64,000 bases of DNA. Source: Mustelus asterias (Eukaryota). Positions 1 to 11,239 of this stretch are shown piece after piece (the stretch's first letter is position 1; each line of letters opens with the position of its first letter). A program made the position numbers and the translations under genes. Location of the stretch: the NCBI RefSeq assembly GCF_964213995.1, contig NC_135806.1, forward strand, positions 139,810,001 to 139,874,000. Direction: 5' to 3'. Below the pieces are notes generated by a model. It was not told the DNA's origin, searched no databases, and saw only the letters and a list, made by a program, of their open reading frames with translations.

Positions 1-140
1 AATAACTTCTGGCCTAGCCAGCGACGCCCACATCCCATAAATGAATTTTTAAAAATAAGTACTGTCAATCAGAATCGCATTAATTTTCCAATCTAAGTTT
101 TTTCTCAATTATTCATAGAAAACACTGAAATGAAAAGAAA

Positions 141-353
141 AGTCACCACAGTCCCAAGATGACCATTGGCTGCTCTTTCCTTTGAGGGGGAGAGCTGACT
201 GGCAGTGATTTAACCTGATGGCCATCACACATCAGGCGAGGGGCAAGTTTGGGAAGGTTATTTTTGAATAACCTCAACCGGTACAGGAATGGAACCTGCG
301 CTGTTGTGGTGCATCACAAACCAGCCAGCCAGCCAACTGAGCTAAACTGACCC
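141..353 (-). mobile_element. tRNA-derived SINE (family distinct from HE1)
   Basis: Minus strand begins GGGTCAGTTTAGCTCAGTTGG (A box), then GGTTCCATTCC (degenerate B box). Confidence 0.55.
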
Positions 354-502
354 CAACTGGCTACTCAGCTCAACAACGGGGGAAAGAATTGAACACTCTG
401 GGTAGTGGCTGCTGTTCAGGTGATGACTATGATGCTATCACAGTGTTGAGAAGTCTTGCTGTTCCCTCTAACTAACCTTTGCGTAGCTGTCCTAATATTC
501 CC

Positions 503-1315
503 AAGTGAGTGACGAAACAGAGTACAGGAGTGAGATAGAGAATTTGGTGAACTGGTGCAGCAACAATAATCTCTCCCTCAATGTCAACAAAACGAAGGAG
601 ATTGTCATTGACTTCAGGAAGTGTAAAGGAGAACATGCCCCTGTCTACATCAATGGAGATGAAGTAGAAAGGATCGAGAGCTTCATGTTTTTGGGTGTCC
701 AGATCACCAACCACCTGTCCTGGTCCCCCCATGCTGACACTATAGTTAAGAAAGCCCACCAATGCCTCTACTTTTTCAGAAGACTGAGGAAATTTAGCAT
801 GTCAGCTACGACTCTCACCAACATTTACAGATGCACCATAGAAAGCATTCTTTCTGGTTGTATCACAGCTTGGTATGGCCCCTACTCTGCCCAAGACCGC
901 AAAGAACTACAAAAGGTCGTGAATGTAGCCCAATCCATCACCCAAACCAGCCTCCCATCCATTGACTCTGTCTACACTTCCCACTGCCTCGGCAAAGCAG
1001 CCAGCATAATTAAGGACCCCACGCACCCCGAACATTCTCTCTTCCACCTTCTTCCTTCGGGAAAAAGATACAAAAGTCTGAGGTCACGTACCAACTGACT
1101 CAAGAACAGCTTCTTCCTTGCTGCTGTCAGATTTTTGAATGGGTCTACCTTGCATTAAGTTGATCTTTCTCTACACTCTAGCTATGACTGTAACACTACA
1201 TTCTGCACTCTCTTGTTTCCTTCTCTATGAACGGTATGTTTTGTCTGTATAGCGTGCAAGAAACAATACTTTTCACTGTATATTCATACATGCGACAATA
1301 ATAAATTAAATCAAA
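503..1315 (+). mobile_element. Rex1/Babar-clade LINE, 3' part
   Basis: ORF 505-1098: WCSNNNLSLNVNKTKEIVIDFRK, FLGVQIT, KKAHQCLYFFRRLRKF, YRCTIESIL. Tail aataataaattaaatcaaat. Confidence 0.85.
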
Positions 1316-2045
1316 TATAAGGTTTTGCCTGTTATGTTCTCGGGATGTTTTTCTACATCAAAGGTGCGATTATATACACACAAGTTTTTGTTATTCTTAC
1401 CAAATCGGGGTAAAACATTCTCCTGTATTGTGTTGCATTTTCCTGTCCTACAAGTGGCATGGCTTGGAAGTGGTGGGGGTACCAGTGAAAGGGAGGGGGG
1501 CACATTCCCACCACGAGGGAAGTGTCCCTGGATAACCTGGGAAGCTAATCTATTGACAGGTGTCAGGAAGCAGGCAAATTAAATACTTAAGGCTCTAATT
1601 GGGGACGATTGCTCAGGCTTGTTGGGATTTTGCCAGTGGTGGAACAGATGGCCGCCACTTGTGGAGGCTGCTAGCTCACTACCGCAATCTGGGGGATTCA
1701 TCGGATCCAGAGGCCCGTGCCCAACAAAGGCCCACTGGCCTAACCCCTCTCAAATCTTCATCAACATTTGTGCCTCAGAGTCCTCGTGACTCAGCAGATC
1801 TCACCAAGACTCCAGACCTGTCAAGCCTCATACTGGACTAGCTACACTGAGAGCCAGCATGATATCCTTAATCAGATGAAGAGTGTGGAGGTGGCCAATT
1901 AGAAACCCAGCTTTCTAGATGATTGCTCAGCCGATCTGTCTCCTGGCAAGTGAGAGCTCAGGATCCTATTTGGTAATACACTGGGGAACAGAAGCCCACT
2001 AGAAAATCCTGCCCATTCAATTAGTATTTAACACACATACTGGTA

Positions 2046-2142
2046 ATTAGACGAAAGGTCATCCTGACTCGAAACATTGGCTCTATTCTCTCTCCACAAA
2101 TGCTGTCAGTCCTGCTGAGAATTTCCAGCATTTTCTATTTTT
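2046..2142 (+). mobile_element. Penelope-type terminal repeat remnant with degenerate hammerhead motif
   Basis: AGACGA-aggtca-tcc-tgactc-GAAAC followed by ctctattctctctccacaaatgctg, related to 22007-22050. Confidence 0.5.
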
Positions 2143-2144
2143 GC

Positions 2145-4072
2145 CTCCAACCATTTCTTGATTATACAAGGAGTGAATCAAATTGGCTAGAGACTTGCAT
2201 CTGAGATGCTGGGGGCCACTATAGGAAGCCGAGATGGATCATCCACTCGGCACTTCTGGCTGAAGATTGTTGCAAATGCTTCAGCCTTATCCTTTACACT
2301 GATGTGCTGGGCTCCTCCATCATTGAGGATGAGGATATTTGTAGAGCCTCCTCCTCCAGTGAGTTGTTTAATTGTCTACTACCATTCACGGCTGGATGTG
2401 GCAGGACTGCAGAGCTTATATCTGATCCATTGATTGTGGAATCGCTTTGCTCTGTTGCTGTTTGGCATGTAAGTAGTCCTGTTTGGTAGTTTCACAGGTT
2501 GACACCTCATTTTTAGGTATGCCTGGTGTTGCTCCTGGCATGCTCTCCTGCACTCTTGATGAAATATAGAATCCGTACAGTGTAGAAGGCGGCCATTTGG
2601 CCCATTGAGCCTGCACTGACAACAATCCCACCCAGACCCTATCCCCGTAACCCCATGTATTTACCCTGCTAATCTCTCTGACACTAAGGAGCAATTTAAC
2701 ATGGCAAATCAACCTAACCCGCACATCTTTGGAGCGTGGGAAGAAATTGGAGCACCAAGAGCGGGTCAGAGGCTGGGAATACTGCAGTGAGTAACTCACC
2801 TCCTGACTCCCCACCGGCAGGACTGACCCAGCAGAGGTGGTGGCACAGTGGTATACAGTCAGGAGGGAGTTGCCCTGGGAGTCCTCAACATCGATTCCGG
2901 ACCCCATGAAGTCTCAGGGCTTCAGGTTAAATATGGGCAAGGAGAACTCTTACTGATTACCACATACTGTCCTCCTTTGGCTGGTGAATCAGTACTCCTC
3001 CATTTTGAACAACACTTGGAGAAGGCACTGAGGGTGGCAAGGACGCAAAATATACTCTGGGTGGGGGGGTTTCAATTTCTACCACCAAGAGTGCCTCGGC
3101 TACATTCACGACCTTTTGTAGTTCTTTGCGGTCTTGGGCAGAGCAGGAGCCATACCACTTCCCAGCAGCACTACTGATCGAGCTGTTGTCAGAAACTCAC
3201 GCAGACACGGGGAGAATGTGCAAACTCTGCACAGACAGTGAACTGAGGCTGGAATCTAAGCCGGGTCCCTGGTGCTGTGAGGCAGCAGTGCTAACCACTA
3301 ATTGAATCAGGGTTGATCCCCAGCTTGATGGTAATGGTTGAGTGGGGGATATGCCGGGCCATGAGATTACAGATTGTGCTGGAGTACAGTTCCACTGCTG
3401 TTGATGTCCCACAGCACCTCATGGATGCCAAGTCTTGAGTTGCTAGATCTGTTCGAAGTCTGTTTCATTTAGCACAGTGGTAGTGCTATTGGAGGTTATT
3501 TTCAATGTGAAGGCGGGACTTCTTCTTCACAAGGACTGTGCGGTGGTCACTCTTACCAATACTGTCATGGACAGATGCATCTACAGCTGGCAGATTGGTA
3601 AGGATGAGGTCAAGTATGTTTTTCCCTCTTGTTGGTTCCTTCACCACCTGCTGCAGACCCAGTCTAACAGTTATATCCTTTAGGACCCGACCAGCTCGAT
3701 CAGTAGTGCTGCTGCCGAGCCACTCTTGGTGGTAGAAATTGAAACCCCCACCACCCAGAGTATATTTTGGGCCTTGCCACCCTCAGTGCCTTCTCCAAGT
3801 GTTGTTCAAAATGGAGGAGTACTGATTCACTAGCCAAAGGAGGACAGTATGTGGTAATCAGTAAGAGTTCTCCTTGCCCATATTTAACCTGAAGCTGTGA
3901 GACTTCATGGGGTCCGGAGTCGATGTTGAGGATTCCCAGGGCAACTCCCTCCTGACTGTATACCACTGTGCCACCACCTCTGCTGGGTCTGTCCTGCCGG
4001 TGGGGAGTCAGGAGGTGAGTTACTCACCGCAGTATTCCTAGCATTTGACCCGCTCTTGTAGCCACTGTGCTT
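2145..4072 (-). mobile_element. Decayed L2/CR1-group LINE (endonuclease and linker region), interrupted by a SINE and an inverted duplication
   Basis: Minus-strand remnants GAQHISVKDKAEAFATIFSQKCRVDDPSR and endonuclease-like LLLITTYCPP...HLEKALRVAR. Confidence 0.6.
2563..3299 (-). mobile_element. HE1-type V-SINE split by a ~440 bp insertion
   Basis: Tail and V-domain 3' part at 2563-2756; remainder and tRNA head at ~3194-3299. Confidence 0.75.
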
Positions 4073-4345
4073 ATCATAGAAAGAATCATAGAAACCCTAC
4101 AGCGCAGAAAGAGGCTATTTGGCCCATCAAGTCTGCACCGACCACAATCCCACCCAGGTCCTACCCCCTTATCCCTACATATTTACCCGCTAATCTTCTA
4201 ACCTACGCATCTCAGGACACTAAGGGACAATTTTAGCATGGCCAATTAACCTAACCCGCACATCTTTGGACTGTGGGAGGAAACTGGAGCACCCGGAGGA
4301 AACCCACGCAGACACGAGGAGAATGTGCAAACTCCACACAGACAT
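4073..4345 (-). mobile_element. HE1-type V-SINE, head missing
   Basis: V-domain tgtggagtttgcacattctcctcgtgtctgcgtgggtttcctccgggtgc with CR1-like (ttctatga) tail. Confidence 0.85.
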
Positions 4346-5064
4346 GTGAGGGACATGTGTTTATTTTCATTTTGTGCAAAAGAAGTGTGAATCCTTCACA
4401 GCCGACTCCTGGAGTTATTATAATAACTACAGTTATGTGAAGTGCCAAAGTTTCTAAATGATAGAAAATGACTGACACATATCAATGGGGCAGCCCAATC
4501 ACAGTTGGAAGCCATTTAGAGGAGTGTGTTGAAGTACAGACACCAATCCTGATTTTCCACATTGAACATACCAAAGGCATGAACATTATGACAACTCCAA
4601 AAGCAGGCACAGGTGTCTATTAATATAATCTATTCTGCTTAGTTCAATGATTCTATCAATTTTATGTTGCTTCTCTGTTCAGTGATGTGCAATCACATAA
4701 CTTCTGAAGATGAAAGCAGTAACAGGAACGGATTGCGGATTTTAGTTTTAATACTAAGATTCAAGAACTAAACTCAAAGCTGACAGCATTTCAAAAACTG
4801 CTTGCAAGATTTGCTTACAATAGTTTAAAACAAAGTTTTCTCAGGGTAAGCTTGGAAATAAGGCTAAGGCTGTGAGCATATCACTATAAACCTTTGCCTT
4901 TGATGTCTAATCTGTTTTTAATACGAATTGCGATAGACAGCTTTGTGGTATTTTTTGTTAATTTGTCATCTTGTCAGCGCTATGCCACATCTGCTGCTCC
5001 AGGTGAAGGATTAGCAAAGCACCTGCTGATAGTGAGCCTGGTTTGCAGATATCTGTGTACCTGG

Positions 5065-5310
5065 CAGGGAGCGATCACCTGTGTGCTCGCTGGCCTACAC
5101 TGGCTCTTGGTTTTGCAATTGTTGTTCCAATACTCTGATAGCCCCCACCCTTCCTTATTTCTGCAACCTCCAGCCCTACAACCCTGTGAGATTTCTATGT
5201 TTTTCATATTCCGGCATCCTGTGTATCCCTTGTCTCCACCAACCCACCCTTTGCAACACTGCCTTCAGCTGTCGAGGGCCTAATTTGTAGAATTCTCTCC
5301 TAAAACCTGT
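5065..5310 (+). mobile_element. Old L2-like LINE 3' fragment
   Basis: ITCVLAGLHWL resembles the L2 ORF2 C-terminal ITPVLxxLHWL motif. Confidence 0.5.
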
Positions 5311-5400
5311 CTCTCAGATAGTGCACACCAGATCCTGATCACTCAGTAGGTTAAAGGGTTAATAGCTATTAATAGCGAATGTATATCATCTGTCAGATAA

Positions 5401-6075
5401 CTTTTTTTTATTTGTTCATGGGATATGGGCTTCGTTGACTAGGCTAGCATTTATTGCCCATCCTTGAGGGCAATTAAGAGTCAACCACATTGTTGTGGAT
5501 CTGGTGTCACATGTTAAGAACGATAGATTTCCTCCCCTAAAGGACATCAGGGAGCCAGGTGGCTTTTCACAGTAATCGACGATTTTTTCATGGTGATCAA
5601 TAGACCTTGAATTCCAGATGGGCATGGTTAGCACTATTGCCTCACAGCACCAGGAACCTGGGTTCAATTCCAGCCTTGGATGACTGTCTATCTGCAGTTT
5701 GCATATTCTCCCCTTGTCTGCGTGGGTTTCCTCTGGAAGCTCCAGTTTCCTCCCACATCCAAAGACATGGAGGTTAGGTGGACTGGCCATTGTAAATCTC
5801 CCCTTAGTGTCCCCTTACGGGGATTAGTGAGGTAAATACTTGGGATTATGAAGATGGAGTGTGCCTGGGTAAGATGCTCTGTGGGAGAGTCAGTGCAGAC
5901 TCAATGGGCTAAATGGACTCCATTGGCATTGTAGGGATTCTATGGCTCTATGATCTTTATTCAATTCAAATTTCACCATCTGCCATGGCTGGATTCAAAC
6001 CCGGGTCCCCAGAATGTTTCACTGGGTCTATGGATTGCTAATTCAGTGACAATACCACTATGCCACTACATCACC
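5401..6075 (-). mobile_element. tRNA-derived SINE (same family as 18485-18805) with nested + strand HE1 SINE at ~5617-5955
   Basis: Shared tail gggcaataaatgctagcctag...cccatgaa; inner copy has the V-domain. Confidence 0.75.
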
Positions 6076-6205
6076 CACATGCCACTAGGATGGTTCTAGA
6101 AGGAGCTTTGTGTGCTTATCTTTACTTACATATACAGCTAATAAATATTTGGAAGTTCCTGGATACCTTATTTCCAATAGTGTCTGTTAAACACCCTCTG
6201 GATCA

Positions 6206-6388
6206 GTCACAGAGTCATAGAGGTTTACAGCATGGAAACAGGCCTTTCAGCCCAACTTGTCCATGGCGCCCTTTTTTTTAAACCCCAAAGCTAGTTCCAA
6301 TTGCTTGCATTTGGCCCACATCCCTCTATACCCATCTTACCCATGTAACTGTCTAAATGCTTTTTAAAAGACAAAATTGTACCCGCCT
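6206..6388 (-). mobile_element. CR1 3' tail interrupted by the Gypsy LTR
   Basis: Near-identical to the tail at ~38985-39170. Confidence 0.75.
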
Positions 6389-9046
6389 TGTGGTAAACCA
6401 CTGTTAGCTGTTATCTGTTGTGGTTAACCACTGTTAGTTAGTATCTGTTATTATCTATATATGTGGCACAGCCCTGCCGGCTCCGCCCAAGACTCCTCCC
6501 CCTGGTCCGGGTATAAAGGCGATGGCTCCTCCCCCTAGCCTTTAGTACGGACCAGATCTCCGACAGTGATGGCTCCAAGTGCTTGTTAATAAGAGCCTAT
6601 TTGTTCTTGCATACAAACTAGTCTTTGCTTGATTGATGGTGCATCAATTTTATTAACAAGATTTTAAAATGGAGCAGATGTTAAAACCCGACAGATTAAA
6701 TCTGGATCCTCAAACTGTAGGAGCGTCAAACACATTTGATCATTGGCTGAAATGCTTCAAAGACGACATCGATGCCTCCGTTGTTGTCCGTTTGGATGCC
6801 GACAAACTACGAGTGCTCCACAGCCGGGTAAGCGACGTAGTATATTCTACGATTCGGGACGCAGAAAATTACAAGGACTTTTAAAGGGCCAGTATAACAA
6901 ACGGCCTATTGAAGTCTACGCGAGACATCACCTAGCTACACGCACACGGCAGCCAGGAAAATCGGTTGACCAATTCCTGCGCGCGTTGCGACTGCTTGGC
7001 CAGAACTGCAACTGCAAGACTGTGACTGCCATCCAATACACAGAGGTCTTAATCAGGGATGCCTTTGTCACGGACATCGGGACGACCTATATCCGACAAC
7101 GGCTACTGGAACAGGGTGCACTGGACTTAAAGAAAACTGTGGAACTGGCTGAATCCTTAGAGGTGACCTCCCAATATCTCGAGGCCTACTCACCTGACCA
7201 CGTGGGCGCATCGTGGACATCGCAGCCGTCGCTACCCCTGTACTCGGGAGGGCCACAGACCTACGCCGCGCCATGTCTCACCGGTGATCTGACTGCTGCA
7301 GCAGCCGCTGGAGGCCCGAAGTGCTACTTCTGCGGCCTGGGTAAGCACCCCTGACAACGCTGCCCAGCGAGGGAGTCGTTCTGCTCTGCGTGTGGGAAGA
7401 AAGGACACTATGCCAAAAGTCTGCCGTAAGTCCATCTCCAAATCCACGAGCGCTGCGTGTGACCCGCGGGGGATGCCATCTTGGACGACTTCGGCCGTGA
7501 GCGACCAGTAGGGGCCGCCATCTCCTACCTCATCAGCCCCCTATGACTATCTGCACGATCCAACGGTGGTGTCGGTTACCCTGGACCAGTCCAAGCCTCA
7601 CCGACTCGCCAAGTCCATGATGGACATCGGGGTAAATGGGCACAGGGAGCATTGTTTGTTTGACAGTGGGAGTACGGAGAGCTTCATTCACCCTGATATG
7701 GTGAGTCGATATGCCCTTTCTGTGCGGCTCGTCAAGCAAATGATCTCCATGGCATCGCAGTCCCGCTCTGTAAATGTTCTCGTGTACTGCGTGGTGACCC
7801 TGAAGGTGCGGGGCACAGTATACAAGAACTTCAGGCTCCTCGTGCTGCCACATCTCTGTGCTGCTGTACTCCTGGGGCTAGATTTCATGACCCATCTGAA
7901 GAGTGTCACTATACTGTATAATGGGCCTTTTCCCCCGCTCTCCGTCTGCAATCAGCGGTGTCTAAATTGCCCACCGCGCACCACCTGCAGTCTCTCGACC
8001 CTTAAAATCGCCCCTCCCTCCTTGTTTGCGAATCTCACTCCTGACTGCAAGCCCATCGCCACCAAGAGCAGGCGGTATAGTGCTGGAGACAGGGCCTTTA
8101 TCAGGTCCAAAGTCCAGCGGCTCCTCAAGGAAGGGATCATCCAGGCCAGTACCAGCCCCTGGAGAGCACAAGTGGTAGTCGTTAAGACTGGGGAGAAACA
8201 CAGAATGGTCATTGACTACAGTCAGACCATTAATCGATACACGCAGCTGGACGCGAACCCTCTTCCTCGCATATCTGACATGGTCAATCAGATTGCACAA
8301 TATCGGGTGCTCTCCAACATTGACTTGAAGTCGACATACCACCAGCTCCCTATCCGCCCGGAGGACCGCCAATATACGGCTTTCGAGGCGGATGGTCGCC
8401 TTTACCACTTCCTTAGGGTCCCTTTTGGCGTCACCAGGTGGACCGGTTTTCCAGCGTGAAATGGTCCGAATGATAGTCCAGAACGGGTTGCGGGCCACCT
8501 TCCTGTACCTGGATAACGTCACCATCTGCGGCCATGATCAGCAGGACCACGATGCCAACCTCCACAGATTCCTGCACACGGCTAGCCTCCTTAACCTGAC
8601 CTACAATAAGGAGAAGTGCATGTTCCGTACACACGGCCTCGCCATCCTTGGGTACGTAGGGGTGAATAGAGTCATCGGCCCCGATCCCGACCGTATGCGT
8701 TCCCTCCTGGAACTTCCCCTCCCCACTAACGTCAAAACACTGAGAAGATGCCTGCGTTTCTTCTCGTACTATGCACAGTGGGTCCCCAACTATGCGGATA
8801 AAGCCCGTCCGCTCATAAAATCCACCTCTTTTCCCCTGACGGCAAAGGCCGTCTGGCCTTCGACCACATCAAAGCTGACATCGCGAAGGCCACGATGCAC
8901 GCTTTAGACGAATCCATCCTGTTCCAAGTGGAGAGCGATGCGTCTGACTTCGCCCTAGCCGCCACCCTTAACCAGGCGGGCAGACCCGTGGCCTTCTTTT
9001 ACGAACCCTCCAAGGCCCCGAAATTCGACACTCCTCTGTCGAAAAA
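6389..9046 (+). mobile_element. Gypsy LTR retrotransposon, 5' LTR-gag-PR-RT-partial RNase H, 3' truncated
   Basis: LTR TG(6389)...CA(6646) with TATAAA. gag from 6669 with two Cys/His knuckles (CYFCG..., CSACGKKGH). Protease LFDSGS; RT SPW..RMVIDY, VPFG, YLDN; RNase H ESDAS. Frameshifts present. Confidence 0.9.
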
Positions 9047-11140
9047 AACTCATTCAAATTTCTGAGACATGATTTTCCACTCACAAAGCCATGCTGACTG
9101 TCCCTAATCAGTCCTTGCTTCTCTAAATGCCTGTAGATCCTGTCTCTCAAAATACCTTCCAACAACTAACCCACCACAGATGTGAGGCTCACTGGCCTGT
9201 AGTTCACAGGCTTTTCCCTGCAACCCTTTTTAAACAAAGGCACAACATTTGCCACCCTCCAATCTTCAGGCACCTCACCTGTGACTATCGATGATTCAAA
9301 TATCTCTGCTAGGGGACCCGCAATTTCCTCCCTAGCCTCCCACAATGTCCTGGGATACATTTCATCAGGTCCCAGGGATTTATCTACCTTGATGCGCTTT
9401 AAGACTTCCAGCACCTCTTTCTCTGTAATATGTACACTCCTCAGGACATCACTATTTATTTCCCCAAGTTCCCTAACAGCCATGCTTTTCTCAACAGTAA
9501 ATACTGATGAGAAACATTCATTTAGGATCTCACCCATCCCTTGTGGATCTGCACATAGATGACCTTGTTGATCCTTAAGAGGCCCTACTCTCTCCCTTGT
9601 TACTCTTTTGCCCTTTATGTATCTGTAGAAGCTCTTTGGATTCTCCTTTGCCTTATCTGCCAAAACAATCTCGTGTCCCCTTTTTGCCCTCCTGATTTCT
9701 CTCTTAACTTTACTCCTACACCCCCTATGTTCTTCAAGGGATTCACTTGATCGCAGCTGCCTATGCATGTCATGTACCTCTTTCAGGGCCTCAATATCCT
9801 GAGTCATCCAGAGTTCTCTACTTCTGCTAGCCTTGCCCTTCACTCTAAGAGGCATGTGTTTACCCTGAACCCTGGTTAACACACTTTTGAAAGCCTGCCA
9901 CTTACCAGACGTCCCTTTGTCTTCCCACAGACTCCCCCAATTAACTTTTGAAAGTTCCTGCCTGATACCATCAAAATTGGCTTTGCCCCAATTTAGAATT
10001 TTGACTTTTGGGCCAGACCTATCATTCTCCATAGCTATCTTAAAACTAATAGAATTATGGTCACTGGTCCCAAAATGATCCCTCACTAACACTTCTTTCA
10101 CCTGCCCTTCCTTATTTCCCACGAGGAGGTCAAGTTTTGCCCCATCTCTAGTCGGGCCATCCACATACTGAATGAGAAATTCCTCCTGAATACACTCAAC
10201 AAATTTCTCTCCATCCAACCCTCCAATACTATGGCTGTCCCAGTCAATATTGGGAAAGTTAAAATCTCCGACTATTACCATCCTATTTTTCTTGGAGCTA
10301 TCTGTAATCTCCTTACATATTTTCTCCTCAATTTCCCGCCGACTATTTGGGAGTCTATAGTACAGCCCTGTCAAAGTGATTTCCCCCTTCTTATTTCTCA
10401 GTTCTACCCATGTGGACTGAGTGGCCGAACCCTCGGATATATCCCCTCTCAGAACGGCCGTGATGCATTCCCTAATCAAAAGTGCAATTCCCCCTCCCCT
10501 CTTACCTCCTGTTCTATCTCTCCTATAGCATCTGTACCTCTTAAGGAACATTGAGCTGCCAGTCCTGTCCCCCCTTAGCCATGTTTCAGTCATTGCTATA
10601 ATATTCCAGTCCCACGTACCCATCAATGCCCTCAGTTCATCTGCCTTGCCCGTCAGGCCTCTTGCATTGAAATAAATGCAGTTTAACCTGGACTTCCCTT
10701 GCACTCTGTCTTGCTTTTGCCTGATCTGTCTGGTACTTGGATTACTGACACTACCTTTATTACTTAATGGGCTCTCTTTAACTTCTGTGCTGTCCTCAAA
10801 CTTCTCTTCTGTCTCCCTACTGCTTTGGATCCCACCCCCCTGCCAAACTAGTTTAAACCCTCCAGAGTGGCTCTAGCAAATCTCTCCGCCAGGCTTTAGT
10901 CCTCCTCCAGTTCAGGTGTAACCCGTCCCTTTTGAACAAGTCACCCCTTCCCCAGAAAAGATCCCAATGATCCAAAAATCTAAATCCCTGCCCCCTGCAC
11001 CAGCTCTCAAGCCAGGCATTCGTCTACCTAATTTTCCTATTCCTACTCTCAGTAGCACGTGGCTGCGGTAGTAGTCCAAAAATTACTACCTTCGAGGTCC
11101 TGCACTTTAGCCTTCTGCCTAACTCTCTATATTCACACTT
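9047..11140 (-). mobile_element. CR1/HER1-like LINE: ORF1 3' end plus ORF2 endonuclease/RT N-terminus
   Basis: ORF 9166-10704: [35 protein letters not shown]. Confidence 0.92.
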
Positions 11141-11239
11141 CAGGACCCCATTCCTTTTCCTACCTATGTCATGGTCCCATCTCTGATGGCAAAGAATATC
11201 TGAAGCTTGTGGGAAGTTCCGTTGAGGACTCAAGTCAGC

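Noticed and set aside
4660-5060. Acceptor-like sites in unique sequence as exons of an upstream gene
   Set aside because: Short frames without recognisable motifs; cannot be supported without transcripts.
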